The notes below the pieces were generated by a model. It worked only from the letters and a program-made list of their open reading frames with translations, ran no database searches and was not told where the DNA came from. Both the position numbers and the translations under genes were made by a program. Shown piece after piece: positions 13,851 to 27,823 of a stretch of DNA of 64,000 bases. Position 1 is the stretch's first letter. Each line of letters begins with the position of its first letter. Source of the stretch: Phoronis australis (taxonomy: Eukaryota > Animalia > Phoronida); NCBI GenBank assembly GCA_002633005.1, contig NMRA01000316.1, positions 55,999 through 119,998 of the forward strand, given 5' to 3'.

Positions 13851-14345
13851 CACCCCTTACAAAAATGAACTTAAGTTTTTCGCTGAAAACTTAAGTTTTT
13901 GGCGAAAAAACTTAAGTTTTTGGAAAATAACTTAAGTTTTGGAGGAAAAACTTAAGTTCTTCCGAAAAACTTAAGTTTTTAAAAGAAACTTAAATTTTTA
14001 AAACTTATTTTTTCGGCAAAAACTTAAGTTTTTCAGCACAATGTTAAGTTTTTCAGAAAACTTAAGTTTTTCAGAAAACTTAAGTTTTTTCAGGTGTAAA
14101 ACTTAAGTTTTCACAAATAAACTTAAGTTTCAAGTAATAACTTAAGTTTTCATGAAAACTTAAGTTTTTTGAACTAACAAAACTTAAGTTTTTCTGATAA
14201 CTTAAGTTTATCTCAAAACTTAAGTTTTTGTAATTTTAAAAACTTAAGTTTTCCTGACTTCTTAAGTTTTTCGAAAACTTTAGTTTTTCCAATTATAGAA
14301 ACTTAAGTTTTCCTGACTTCTTAAGTTTTTCAAAAAACTGGATTC
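13851..14345. repeat. Array of palindromic AAACTTAAGTTT units after a CACCCC/CCCTTACAAAAA end; EnSpm/CACTA-like subterminal repeat region
   Basis: More than 20 copies of AACTTAAGTT with short spacers, starting 14 bp from the BIRC6 acceptor. The repeat is directly visible; the superfamily is inferred. Confidence 0.7.
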
Positions 14346-16500
14346 TTTCAAGTGTGGAAATCTTGAATTTTCTAAAAACTGTAAGGTTTCTATGTGATTA
14401 AAATTTACGTTTTCAAGTTTTTAAAATTTGAATGTAGTGAGATATTTTTATATTTTGGTTCGAAAATTTTCCCATTATTTTCCAACAAAAAACAATTATT
14501 TACTCTTGCAAAACCCATCATCTCATAAAAATGTTGCCCGAATGTTTCCTGAACATTTATATAGATACAAACCATAAAAGGACGACCGTTTAACCAGTAC
14601 TGATTTAGCTAGTGCAAAACGTAATCATTATCGCACGTCTTTGTGAATTTAAATGTAGACGAACATCCGGTGACCAACAGCAGTAAGAATGCACCCAATG
14701 TTAATCCCCTGAGACACTGACCTAGTCAGTACAATTTAATCAATAGAACTCATGCAATTCTTAAAAAAACGTAGTTATTGTGCAAGTTTCCTTTGTGTTG
14801 AGTTGTATTCGTAAGGCAGTTTTCACCGGAAGTCAACAGTTTGAATTTTATAACGACAGTCAACTTCGAAGAAAAAGTCGTGTGTTGGCCAGCCCGCGAC
14901 AATGAAGTTTATATTTCTACGAGCAGAGCCAGCAAGAAAACATTTCAGAAGTTTTGGAAGTCAGGTTAGTGCCAGAGAGCGTTCTAAAATCGATTGGCCA
15001 TCGGTGCTGTGATTTTCAACGAACGTTCAGTTGTTTGTCAACTACTCAGTCACGAGCCACGCTGTCACATACCAACATGGACTCATTCTATGTGTGAATT
15101 ATCTAAACTTCTAACGCGTAATATACTTCTGGAGGTCCATCAAAGGAAGCCATAACGTTCACATAAGGCTATTACTCTAATTATATTTCTGTCTTCTGAG
15201 GTTGTGTCAGTGTGATAAATGCAAGGGCGGGGGGGGGGGACTACCAAGTACCAAGGCAAAGTGNAGGTCACTAATTTGCAAGGTTCACTTGCCTCATCCA
15301 CGCACCAATCCTAAAATTTGGGGGGTGCTCAAATTTTTGGGCATGTTGACCTTTTACTAAAAAAACGTGGTATGTTCAGAGCTGTGCACAGTGCATTCCT
15401 GAATTACAGCTTTTTAGTGGTCTCGTGTCTCGTTTTCTCAATTTTTTTTGTTTCTATGAGGCTGACCTTTTCATGGCCACTTCGGCAAGTGGGGGGGGGT
15501 GCTCGTTCGAACCTCCCCTGGGTGCGCGCATGTGCATGGTTCTCAAAATTAAGAATCACCAATGTAACTATTGTATTGCCTATTTTGACTGATTTGCTCA
15601 GGTTTCACGGGAGGATCTAGGTTATTGAATGTGAAGGGACATCCCGATCCCGCTACTAGTACCCTATCTGGAATACCTCCCGCATAGGTCACAATGTACC
15701 CAAGTGAAATCTCACCAGTCAGCATGTTAACTATTGTGAAGCACAGTGAAACTTGCATAATTCCTATCTAATTGCACCAAATAATTNACCTTTTCATGCC
15801 CACTTCGGCAAGTGGGGGGGGGGTGCTCGTTCGAACCTCCCCTGGGTGCGCGCATGTGCCTGGGTCTCAAAATTAAGAATCACCAATGTAACTATTGTAT
15901 TGCCTATTTTGACTGATTTGCTTAGGTTTCACGAGGTTATTGAATGTGAAAGGACATCCCGATCCCGCTACTATTACCCTATCTGGAATACCTCCCGGCA
16001 TAGGTCACAATGTACCCAAGTGAACTCTCACCAGTCAACATGTTAACTATTGTGAAGCACAGTGAAACTTGCATAATTCCTATCTAATTGCACCAAATAA
16101 TTCAATGCCAATAAGGAAATCTGTGTGATTTGACCTTGGGATTGAGTATGTGCTTTCGAATTTTTACCGGGTTGTGGAATACTAGAATGTGGCAAAAGTT
16201 TGCATATTCAGACTTAAAATTGTCACCTTCAATGCGAGTTCAACTGGTTTTATTGAAATCAAATATTTCAATGTCATGGTGAAAGTGATAGTTAATCTGN
16301 GGATTGAGTATGTGCTTTCGAATTTTTACCGGGTTGTGGAATACTAGAATGTGGCAAAAGTTTGCATATTCAGACTGAAAATTTTCACCTTCAATGCGAG
16401 TTCAACTGGTTTTATTGAAATCAAATATTTCAATGTCATGGTGAAAGTGATAGTTAATCTGTGTACAACTTTATCTAGGAGTTGAGTTGAGTTGAATATC

Positions 16501-18288
16501 CTGGGTGAGAAACATCATGACCGCCGGTCCTCTAAACTGGACCTCCAGGAATCAAATGGGACCGCCGCACCAGAAAATGGGACTGACGCACCTAAAAACA
16601 TGACTGCCCCACCACAAAACAGGACCGCGGGGGACTAAAACCGCAATGACTAAGATTTATTATCGTTAGGCCTACACAGATCATACAATGGGGCTATGTA
16701 CGTATGCACATGCAGGTCTTGTGTAGATTAATCCACCGGAATCTTTTGTGCGCAATAGAGGACACTTCGCTTTGTAATACACGGCGCTTTTGAGTTTTAC
16801 TCATCACCAGGCTCCCGGCTGCGGTATGTGACTTATAAACAATTGAAAGGTCAACATTTAATAAATCTAACAGTTCAAAACAACCACGTTGTACGCTTTT
16901 GAGCTAAATAATTATAATTTTATCCACTGCGTAAGTTTTAGAACAATATGAAAATCATTTTCTCCAATTTGACGTTTAAAGTTAGTCAAGTAAAAAAACG
17001 GGCCTTCTGGTTCCCGGGTGAAGCATCATAAAAAAAAAAAACAGTGCAGGTGGTCTGATGTCATTTGCGGTGCATCAGACGTGCGCAGGCCTCATGGTTG
17101 GGCCCANCGTAAGTTTTAGAACAAAATGAAAATCATTTTCTCCAATTTGACGTTTAAAGTTAGTCAAGTAAAAAAACGGGCCTCCTGGTTCTCGGGTGAA
17201 GCATTATCATACTAGCTGCCTTTTTGCGGCAAAGCTGTATACTAAATATACAGCTTTGCGCCGATGTGGGTAAAAAACTGAACATGTAAAATCTTCACCC
17301 GGCGAATATGTGTTATTAACGACACTCATCCTTGAGTAAACTAAATTATTTCATCGGCGCTCGAGAAAAATTGTCGTTCTGTCGTTATTCTGCGTTCTCT
17401 TAAGTCGGCTTACATTGGCCGGTTCCTTTTCCCCCCGGCCGATTCTTCAGTCAACTGTTCTTCTACAAGGTTGCATACCTGGCACAACAAATTATCTAAA
17501 CTGGTTTCATTTCGTTATAAGTTTTTAGTATACCAGCAAATTGAATTTCAGAACAATTCTTGTTGCCGCGAAGTTGTCGTCATCTTCCAAAAGATGTCGC
17601 AAAATTTTTCTGAGGAAATGNCGGCCGATTCTTCAGTCAACTGTTCTTCTACAAGGTTGCGTACCTGGCACAACAAATTATCTAAACTGGTTTCATTCCG
17701 TTATAAGTTTTTAGTATACCAGCAAATCGAATTTCAAAACAATTCTTGTTGCCGCGAAGTTGTCGTCATCTTCCAAAAGATGTCGCAAAATTTTTCTGAG
17801 GAAATGGCGCGTGCACATGTCACGAGGGCGACAAACTTATTGTTACAATAGTTCATAGACTGTTTTTCACTCAAGCTGTTGCGACCTGCAAGGTGAGTGT
17901 TGGTTGACGCCTACATTTTGCGTGTGCCTGCACTGGTCGCGCGCTCTACTACATGTTGATGTAAGTTTCACGACGAGGTGACTAGCAGAACTACCCGGGC
18001 TGTGGGAAATTTCGGGGATGTAACGGAGCTCAATAACGCTAAGCTGTCAAGCTTTTTTTTGGCGATAGTCTTTACACAGCTATCTGACCGGTTACGTCAT
18101 AACCCGCAGTATCACAAAGGCCTTAACTACTCAGTCCCCGGCGGTCCTGTTTTGTGGTGGGGCGGTCATGTTTTTAGGTGCATCAGTCCTGTTTTGTGGT
18201 GGGGCGGTCATGTTTTTAGGTGCGTCAGTCCTGTTTTGGGTGAGTCGGTCTGATTTAGAGGACCGGCGGTCGTATTGTTTCTCACCCT
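16501..18288. mobile_element. Non-autonomous hAT-like element
   Basis: TIR GGGTGAGAAACA..A.GACCGCCGGTCCTCTAAA at both ends; near-perfect 8-bp TSD TGAATATC / TGAATATG; subterminal repeats at 16520-16640 and 18140-18260. Confidence 0.75.
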
Positions 18289-20000
18289 TGAATATGAACT
18301 GACTAGAATGATCTCCTCATGTCTGTAGGGGCATATTCGTTTCCCTCTAGAAATTTGCTTGAAACCTAAATTTAATATCTTTGCAAATGTCAACCAGTAA
18401 ATTGATTGGTAGGAGTACTATTTTTGTTTCCTGTAGTACATGAGATAATAATTTTATTTTTACTGTAAACTATTATGGTTACGTAAGACTTCTCGTGAAG
18501 ACCATGCCAGTATCTTCAATGGTGGATTCAGAAGACATCTAAGTGGCCATGACCCCGGCCCCCTAAAACGCTACAAGATCAATTGGCAGTTGGGGGGCAG
18601 GGGGTGAATGCCTGATAGGCAAAACCCTACTTTGCCCTAACCCCCCAACTCAAAATCCTGGACCCCCCACCACCCCTGATCTTTACATGGATAACATTCC
18701 CTGTAAATGGGTTATATCTGGATTCTTAAGAAGCTATCACATACTGTTCTGTTTACTAATATCTCACTGTTTTCAGGTCTCTATTAACTTGGCAGAGTAC
18801 GTGGAAGAACAAGACATCCAAACATTTGCATCGAAACAATCACCCAGGGGTGGTATTGGGCTGTTTACATCGACATGGCAGGTAGAGCTTCATATGTTTC
18901 ATTGTTGAGTTAAAAATAGTGCTGCTATCAGGGTTTGAATTTGAAACAATATGAAATTTGTCCTTGGTTTAGCCAATGGGATTATAATCTTTAACAAGCT
19001 CACTGATTCTTGTAGCCATTTGGTCAAGTCAATGTAAAGCTTCTTGGTTTTGCTATAAGTTTCAAAAAGTACACGCGGAAGTATACATGTGAGATTAAAC
19101 TTTCAGTTCTAACCCTGGTTGTGCCGGCTAAATGTCCATGAAACATTAGTAAGAAGTTCTATGCTGGCTGGAAACAGCTAGTTAGAATACAACTAGCTCT
19201 GCTCATTATGTAGAGTTGTGCATTTTCTTATCAGATTAACGAATTAAACAATGAAAAGTTCATAAAAATAATGGGAATTGAAGTTTATTGCAGTTGCCAA
19301 CAGTTTCATCATTTGATAAAAATATGAATTAATTTGTCATAGAACTTGAACTAAAAAGTTACATAATACGATACCTGGTTAGCCTGAAGTCCAACTTTTA
19401 TTAACACATTAAGTTTTGTCATATGCACGGTTTGTTCTAGATTGTGATAGCATGATAGGTGACCATGTGCATGTTTTGTATTCAAGTTGTATAGAATAAA
19501 ATTGTTTTGAATGTCGCGAATCCAGGATTAAAACTTCATTCAAAACAGTATGTGGAAAACTGACCCACTACAGTGCATGCTTGAAGTAAACTTGCAGACT
19601 AGTCTTGCACTTGAATCCTGGAGAGTGATTGGTTAAATTTTGTGTTTGAAGACTATTTTCTAGGCTCTGTATGTAAGTCAGGAAGTTTTACAAATCAGTG
19701 TTGTATAAACAGCACGATAAATATCCAGCAAGTTGAGTTGTCTTATACAGATAGCTTTTACCCGTCTGTTATTAAAATTTTTTGTCTTTATTGCAGAGTG
19801 TGCCTTCAACAATCGTTGGATAAGGAAGGCTACCCAGACAACGCAACGTACGCACTTACGAACTGCAGCTCATGAACCTATGAATTCAGTTATCTGTGCT
19901 CAGAAACGCACGTTTGTAGTCACAAAACATGGATTATTTGCCTGTGAAGCTACGCGAGCAGATCCAGCTAAAGAAGATTAAGTGGCTTGTGGTCTACCAT

Positions 20001-20504
20001 AGGGCCCTTTCACATTGACTTAACTCTTGTCTGAGTGGAGCATCGGCGTACACTGCAAAGTTAACTGGACCTTGTCCTTCATTCTGGCTTCGGTCGTTAA
20101 TGAACTTCGAAGTAAACAGTAGGTGACGCTGTCGTGATCGAAGGTATCGCAAGGTAGCACTGCACGCTAAGATGTGACAACTTGGGAACATTTACATGTG
20201 TTAATTGACATAAAACTTATTTTTAAATTGATTGGTGATTATTATAGCAAGGTATAAGCAACTATTAGCCATCACACTACTATGCAATTGTTAATGATAA
20301 CAGTGGCCCCTGGCAATAACTTCGATAGGACTGAAGTTGATCGTTTATACTGCGTGGCAGCGTTGATGCTAAGCATTTAAATCCACCTGTTTAGTGCGAA
20401 GTTAACTGGCGCTGTTAACCTCCTTCCAGGACCAAAGTTTAAGCGTTCATACTGACATTAACTCCCAAAAACTTCGACATGTCGATGTTAGTATGAAAGG
20501 CCCT
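20001..20504. mobile_element. Harbinger-like MITE
   Basis: Ends AGGGCCCTTTCACATTGAC and GTTAGTATGAAAGGCCCT form an imperfect TIR. Confidence 0.55.
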
Positions 20505-21726
20505 ATATGTGCATGAAGTACAGTAGCTTTAAATTAAAGGAAAAAGAATATTTTTGTGGTCGAATGTCTAAGTTTTCTAATTTCCATCTTGTATAAGCAG
20601 GTTGTACTTAGGGTTACTCTTAGTGAAACTTGTTCGCACCATGGAGTGTATTGAATTTACTGTTATTATGATTGTCAACAAAACGAAACTTTGACTTTTA
20701 AATTGATATTTTTAAGGTTGAAAACAATTATAGGTGATTCTAGGCATTATTTCTAGCATAAGGATTGTACTTCCCAAAATCAAACCTGTGGCCATTGTCG
20801 ATAAACTTTTAGTTACCTGTTACGTTTTATGTTATGCTTTTGTCTCTGCGGATATTCTTGGATTTTGCATATTAAGTGATTTGTTATTCTTGGTGTCATT
20901 GCTGTAATTTTNAAATATTGTCATTGTCCTTTATTGAACCGAGATTCTTGGATTTTAACAGTCTCTTCTCTCCTCAGTAAAACGTGTGTCTCGCGCAACC
21001 ACTCGGCAGTCGCTTTTCTGCCGATATATAGCCTATAGTGCCAGTGACCGCCATATTGATTTCTTTGTTTGGCCGGACTGCGTCGGGTCGCCTAACAAAA
21101 ATGTGCGTTTGCAAGGGATTGTGTGAAGCACACATCGTTAAATGTTTTTGTTCCGACTAATTTTTCTTACGTGCTTGTATTTTACAACTGTCTTCTTGCC
21201 AAAATTGGATCTGGCTTGTTTATTATATCGCCTCCTTTGGTTCAGTCAAGGGGGTGGCTAGTAAACAAATCGTAACAGTTGACACAGTGTCAAAGAACGG
21301 CAGCCAGACCGGGTTGTTAGGGTTGTACTTTTTTGCTTTTCAACTTTTTCCACACCCGTGTAATCTAAACATTTCCCTAGTGTGAAATAAGCTAACTGAA
21401 GCAAAACAGTTTTAGCAATGTGTATTTTTGACACACTGAAATACAAGTTCAGAATTATGGGAGGGGAACCCAAAATTCATGAGCAATGATGGATGTGGGA
21501 TGCTTCAATGGCACGTTGTAGACAGGGTACCCNCCCCCCCCCCCCCCCTAAACTTCTCCCAGATAATATTAGGCAGTTTTGGGTGATGAGTATTACCCTT
21601 GAACAAACCCCATTTACATTTTTTTAGTAATAAACCCAAAGACTCAAAACCCCTGCATACTTACATTTTAGGCTGGGTGCGCGCATGTCGCAAAATTCTT
21701 GGTTAGTTTCTTGTACCTTGTCCCCC

Positions 21727-21870
21727 CAGTGGCGGATTTAGCAGGGGACCATGGCCCCCTAAAATTCTCCCAGATTACATTTGGCTGTTCGGTGGTGCGA
21801 ATGTCTGACGGCAAAAATGCTGAATACTCTGTTCTGGCCCCCCTAACTAAAAATTCTGGATCCGCCACTG
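21727..21870. mobile_element. Short CAGTGGCGGAT-type MITE
   Basis: CAGTGGCGGATTT...GGATCCGCCACTG ends; related copies at 41712-41864 and 42142-42298. Confidence 0.7.
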
Positions 21871-22090
21871 CCTCCCCCCAACTCAAAATCCTGGATCCAC
21901 CCCTGAAGTATCTGCATTCACGAAAAGTGTGCCAAGCATCAATTGTCGGTCACTGAAAGACAATTTGAAATTGCTAATAATTGTCCATTGAAATCAATCG
22001 TAATTCAGTTTTGTGTTATGAATTTGTTGTTCACTTTCAAAAATGAAAAACTACAATTTCTTGTCAATACTCAAAAATTTCTAACTTCAG

Positions 22091-22502
22091 GTGCAAGTGT
22101 GGCAATTGCCAAGTTACCCCTGTGGTAGCTGAAAGAGTCTGTTGCCAAGAGGTGGTAAAAGTGGTGGCAAAGCTTCAGAAAGAAGTGGAGAGAGGAGTCG
22201 TCTCTGAACCAAGAACATGCATCACGAACTCTGCGGGTTTTGACCCCGTTTGTTTAAACCAAGATGTTTTAGAGACCAGCTGGGGGGAGTACAAGTTTCA
22301 CTACCCTGATGGGTATGAGGGGCCATTTGAGAAGAAAATGCGGCACATCGCATATCGGCAATTTCAGCGATGGGTTCATGGATTTTTGGGACGGCGAGTC
22401 AGAGTCGTTGTGCCTGCATGTGCTGTTGCCAAGATCCGGGCACATTATCCACCACCTGGCAATGAAGAGCATTTTGTTTTTACTGGTTTTTCTTATGATT
22501 AA
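22091..22502 (+). CDS. KolX-type accessory protein, P2X7 cytoplasmic-ballast-like Zn-cysteine domain (terminal exon)
   Basis: After acceptor cttcAG: CKCGNCQVTPVVAERVCCQEV...CITNSAGFDPVCLNQDVL...RHIAYRQFQRWVHGFLGRRVRVVVPACAVAKIRAHYP...FTGF*, the P2X7 C-terminal/KolX motif set. AATAAA at ~22517. Convergent with the transposase; upstream exon not found. Confidence 0.88.
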
Positions 22503-22821
22503 TTATTACAATGCAGAATAAAGTGTCCTTAATAAACAGTATTGTATATTTAAGCTTGTGTATTGGTAAAAGCAAAACACTTTCCACAGTATTTACATAT
22601 TACATGACTCTTTCTATATTATAATAGCAACCACCAGCTGTGCAAAACCCCCAACTGTAATGTAAACCATTTGTTAGCTATTGCTGTTATTCATTTAGAT
22701 GCATAACAATTTTACTTGACTGTGAAACAAAACACCGTAAAAGTTCTAATAAATGTTTAAGAGCATTATATTTCTATTATATACATAAGCATGTCTGTTC
22801 AACATATCAGTCCTCAGATGC

Positions 22822-25800
22822 TCACTGGTAGACTTGAGGATACCTGCTCCTCATAGCCTCGGCCACTTGAAGAGTGTCCACCTCTGGATAATCTGCTGAC
22901 AGTGGCTCTGGTGCATTGGACTCTCTCAAGTCACGCAGACGTGAAGCAAGGTCCGGATGATCGACTAAGTAGAACATGGTCTGGATCAACTTCGAAACAT
23001 ATTCTGTAACAAAGTATAGTAACTGAAGGCTCCTGATTGAACCACTTCTCAATCATGGGATTTGAAAGAAAAATGGACTGGACTACAAATAGTTTTGATG
23101 GCAAGTTGGTTTTGGCCATTATACTTTTCCATACAACACTGGAAATAATTGATTTGTTACTTGTCCAGACTGTTTCTTAACAAAAGTGTACAAGAAAATA
23201 AGTGAAGTTGTGCTGTTTTCAGCATGGAGTCATTGTGCACATACATTAACTAAAACAGATTAATTAATATCAGTTTTGACAACTAATTCTGAATTTCGCC
23301 AGTACAAACCATATGTGGCCTCTACTCTTGCAGCACGCACAACGGGTTGACCAGCCTTTCCACGCTGAAAGCTGCTCTTCCATAATAGGGATCCATCGTG
23401 CTTCCGAGCAAATGCTCGTCCAGCATTCTCATTGTAATGAAGAGTAGCCAAGATGAGTCTATTAAAAATGATATAAGAAGGTATTTAAGACCAGGGACAA
23501 CTTCGAATGAACTTTGTAGTGTAATACAGCAGAGCTTACTATTTATCTCACTCGTCAATAACTAACCACATAATCTCTTTTTCTATTACGTACAAGGAGA
23601 TAATATCTTGGCGGTGATGAAATTTACTACGTTTATGGATACAATTGCTTTAATTTATCTGCTTTTTGTGATGCTATTGCAACTCAAGATTTATTCATCC
23701 ATCTTACCATTCAATCAGTAATGTAAAAGACCATGATTCACAGTTGGAATTATTATTTTACATGCAGCACATTTCTTGGGATCATGGATTACCTGCTATT
23801 CATAGAATGAAAATGGAAGTGACGCATCTTGGGGGCAAATTCATTCACTACAGCATGAAAAGCTTCCAAAGATGCTGTTTGGCCATGTGGTGAGAGTCTT
23901 TTCACATCTTTCTCAAGCTGCCGGCTTTCCAGTATCTTCAGAAGTTCCTCATACTGCTGAGTACCTGTGCAAAAGTTAGATCACATAAAAGACTGAGAAA
24001 CCAAAACGGCAACAAATGTACGTGCCAAAAATATTCAGACAAACTGACCACGAATTCCCTGTCTTGGTGGATGAGCAAAAAAATCAAGGCTTAATGCAAA
24101 GTGGATTCAGCAACAGTGTAGCAGTAGTGACCAGTTGTTGCGAGCGAGTACAGGGAAACCGTATTTCACCCAAATTCTTTTGGCATGCACTGTATGTGAA
24201 CCATCAAGGCAAGACATTAGACAATATCTGTTACTGAAAATAAACTGCTGGTAAAAATAAATGACTAAAAGATGTTGCTCAGTGGCTTTCATGAAAAGAT
24301 ACATAACCACATTCAACATAGCAACACTACTACAGGCAGTCAGTTATACCTGGCTTTAACCAGAGTTTCGGTTGCAACTCATTGTGGGCACACTTTGGAA
24401 AAAGTGGACTATCATGAACGTGGATGTCCATAATGTGGTTAGATAGACTTCTCCACTTCTCCAACGCCAATTCGCCATTTCCGTCGCTGGACGTAGCACA
24501 CCAGTAGATGGTTATTGATAGCTGGGCACCAGGACTTTACATCAGGATACTTCTTCCCCACTACAACCAACTTTTTGTTCAGGCCTATAATAAAGCAATA
24601 CTTGACACTTTATCTGAAAACCATTGCATATCTCGTGAACATTAGACCACATATCCTTGAAATATCACAGTTTTAGAAGAAGTTGGGTTGTTTCTATTAC
24701 GCCACATATCCTTGAAATATCAAGTTTTAGTTGACCATTGGCTGTTCTGTAGTCTTATACTTCATTGGAGTCTTCCCTTCACTACCAGTTGATCTGGATT
24801 GTTTTCCAATTTCCACCAAAGTACTAATACAGTTGTGCGCAAGACATATCAAGTAGTATTTTCACAAGTCAAATGAGCAAAGGCAACACCACAGTCAATC
24901 AGAAACATTTCACCTTCCAATTACCTTTGGAAACATGCCAGATGTCAAAAAAATGATCATCAGGCATCCAGTAGTCCCTGATCCACGCATTAATTTGAGG
25001 GTGACGATCTGTAACTATGGTGACTTTTGCTGGTGAAGCCTTTGCAAATAACTTATGCTTGCACCTCTTCAACCCCTCCAATTCCATATGATAGGAGCCA
25101 CCAACCTCATTCTTCTGTAAGCAAGAGTATTATGAAGTATAATGTGTGCCCACATTGGTGTATCAGAAATGACACAGCTACAAGAATGATTCATTAACTT
25201 CAAGTGGGAAATCAATTTGATATCTTAAAGTTACTTAAATTTAAGCTCAACACGGCAGATAAACAAAATTTTATTTCTTAACAAAAACAATGTGCCTAAT
25301 GGCTTGCATTAACAACACACAGTATTTAATTTACAACGTAGTAGCACTTTGAAAGTATAAGTGATATTTGGCTGCACTTGAAAAATGTTAACTTAACTAA
25401 ATAATATGTCAAACATGACGAGCAGAGCATCAGTAGAATCAAAGTCCGACATAAAGGGTAGCAAAAGGAGTAATAGTGGATTACTTGACAACACCTTTTT
25501 ACTCAACATATGAAGGTCAACTTTTTTAGTATGCCGTGACATGTGTATTACCTGTACAAGCTCCATTGCTAAGATTTTGTTGCGCTCAAGGTCCATCAGC
25601 GTGTAACTCCCATATTTTGCAGTATGACCAGGGCTAAAATATGACGTGACGGCAATGAGAATCAGTCAGATTATTATTATATTAAAAGACTTTATCTGAA
25701 TTAAGATATTATTCTACTTTCACTGCTGAATATATAACCAGGCTATCCCCAAGATTAGTCTATGTGAAAAAATATTTTGTCACTTCTAACGATCAGGCTA

Positions 25801-27823
25801 TCATTTGCAGCACAGAGCACAGACCTTCAAAGCAATCAGCAAATTATTATGTACATAACTGCTATCCTAACACTTACAGAGTTTCAAATTTATCATACCC
25901 GTCCTGATATGAACAGGAAGTAACCACTGCAGTACTAACCAACAAAATATAGTGAGTAATTACCTGTCACATCTTGCGTCGCCTCCTATAAGTATTTCAG
26001 GGGGTAAACTGAGGAGTAGCTCCTCCTGCAGGTCGCCTCACACTTTTTCTATAGCGTCATGAAGAAACAGGCGCTGGTGCTGGAAGAAGGTGTTGTTATG
26101 GTAAGTTTTGATTCCAAAGAATCTAAGCAGGTTCTGTACCTTGGAGATCGAACAGCCGCTAAACAGGGTGGCAGCCGACAGCAGAAGATTTCCCTCGGGG
26201 TAGTCCTGCACGAATGGCTGCGAATGCCATGTGTAACCAGGACAGCTGACACGGGTGCAGCTTTGTTGAATAACAACCAATGTGCCGATCATTTTTATGA
26301 TCTGAGGAGAAGCCTTGTTCCTGCACACCCGGCAAACATCAAAGAGCTTCAAGAGACATGTTTCATACACGATGTACTTCCGATGGTCATCAGATTCGAT
26401 AAAGTCTGTCTTGGGTAATTTCCTGAAAAACATGATAAATGCAATGTTTAAGTACATTTGTATTTTGTAGACAAAATGTCAAAATTAACAAGGACTTCTG
26501 TAAATTATGACAAATACCACAGAAACCTAGGCAGAATAAGTGGCTAACACAAACACTAACCATGAAGGCAACTATAAACAAAGTTTCAGTTGTGACTGGT
26601 AAAGATCTGCTTATTTCTCAGACATGCCATTTTCAGATCCACTTATTGTGTACGAGGCTAACTAGTCATTGCTAAAGTCACGCATGTAGCGCATGTGACT
26701 ATAAGCAAAATAATATAATGTTTTTGCAAGATTTTTGCAAGTCAAATGTCTCACATACAGGCAGCTGTGCCGAAGTTCTGCAATTGGGAGCAGCTCCACA
26801 ATTAGGAGCGTGCACTCATGCATGGAGTTTTGCGACAGAAGCTTACTTGGGCCGCTTTTCTGGGCTGGACTCCTCTTCAGATGAAGGAGAGTACGACGAG
26901 CCTGAATCTGGTGATTCCAAGTAGGACTCCAGAGGTATTAGGGGTGGAGAAGACTCTGTGGTGGCCGGGAAAGGAGAAGACTGTGTTGACCAGGGAAGAC
27001 TGTGGTGACCAGGGAAGATTCAGTTGCGACCAGGGAAGACTCTGTGGTTACCAAGGAAGACTCTGTGGTGACCAGGGAAGATTCTGTGGTGACCAAGGAC
27101 AATGTGGGGCACGTTTCTAGCTCTACCTCAACATGCAAGGGCGGCACAAGCACTGGAGTTGATGGAGCAGCTACAGAAGATGACAGCAAATGTCCCCTCT
27201 CGATCCACCCTTCAAGGTCACTACCTGAAAAAATAAAAAGTTCTAGAAAACGACATTTGGGGAATAGTGATGATGAGCCCAAAAACCACCAATCATCTGA
27301 GTTAGAGAGACCAGTGCTTTAGATAAAAATCCTTCATTTATGTATTATGGCCAGAGCACCGTTTCTTAGCAATTTCGAGGCAACATAGAGTGCCAACTAA
27401 ATTTGGCTCGTAACCAGCAAGAATCCATGGGGCCCATAAGATATGAACTCTCATTTTATAGCTTTTGTACAGTTGTTACTGAAGACTATAAATTGTGCCC
27501 TATATGCCCGTCAATTGTAACAAACCCTGCTCATTAGGCTTTATCCATGAATAGCCTACAAATGAAATTTACTTTCAAGCAAACTCAGTAATTAAGTATT
27601 TGTAAAAGAGAGGCGCTCTACTTTATGGTCATTCAAACAAATTACCAGCAATTTCTGTTTGCGTCTCTGCATCTCGCCTGATGGGCTCTATGATGATTTG
27701 CGTGTCCCAAGAGCACAGAAGGCCAGGTGAGGAAGACATCGATGAAGGGGTAGCTGCATGCGTGACAGTATGAGGCGCCGTAGATCGTTTCTGTTTGGCT
27801 ATCGAACGGACCTCTTCGCGAAT
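22822..27823 (-). pseudogene. Kolobok-type DDE transposase, 9 exons recovered, inactivated
   Basis: Exons 27823-27646, 27224-26847, 26422-25964, 25633-25552, 25114-24925, 24584-24350, 23964-23793, 23458-23310, 23003-22822. Motifs GGDARCDSPGHTAKYGSYTLMD, MELEGLKRC, VTDRH, FDIWH, QTASLEAFH, LATLHYNEN. Lesions: 2-bp deletion ~27000, TGA at 26040-26038 (likely a former Trp), frameshift ~24510. N-terminal exon(s) and TIRs not found. Confidence 0.88.
26950..27100 (-). repeat. 21-bp coding minisatellite (SLVTTES)n within the transposase exon
   Basis: About 6-7 copies of TCCCTGGTCACCACAGAGTCT on the minus strand. Confidence 0.85.

Noticed and set aside
17471-17851. ORF with an internal tandem repeat
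   Set aside because: It results from the N-junction duplication inside the hAT-like element.
22091-22502. Host P2X7 receptor gene
   Set aside because: No transmembrane or ectodomain exons were seen, and the convergent DDE transposase indicates a transposon accessory gene.
26038-26040. TGG-to-TGA stop as evidence of APOBEC-type editing by the neighbouring deaminases
   Set aside because: It is a single event, most other lesions are indels, and signal-peptide enzymes would not be expected to reach nuclear DNA.
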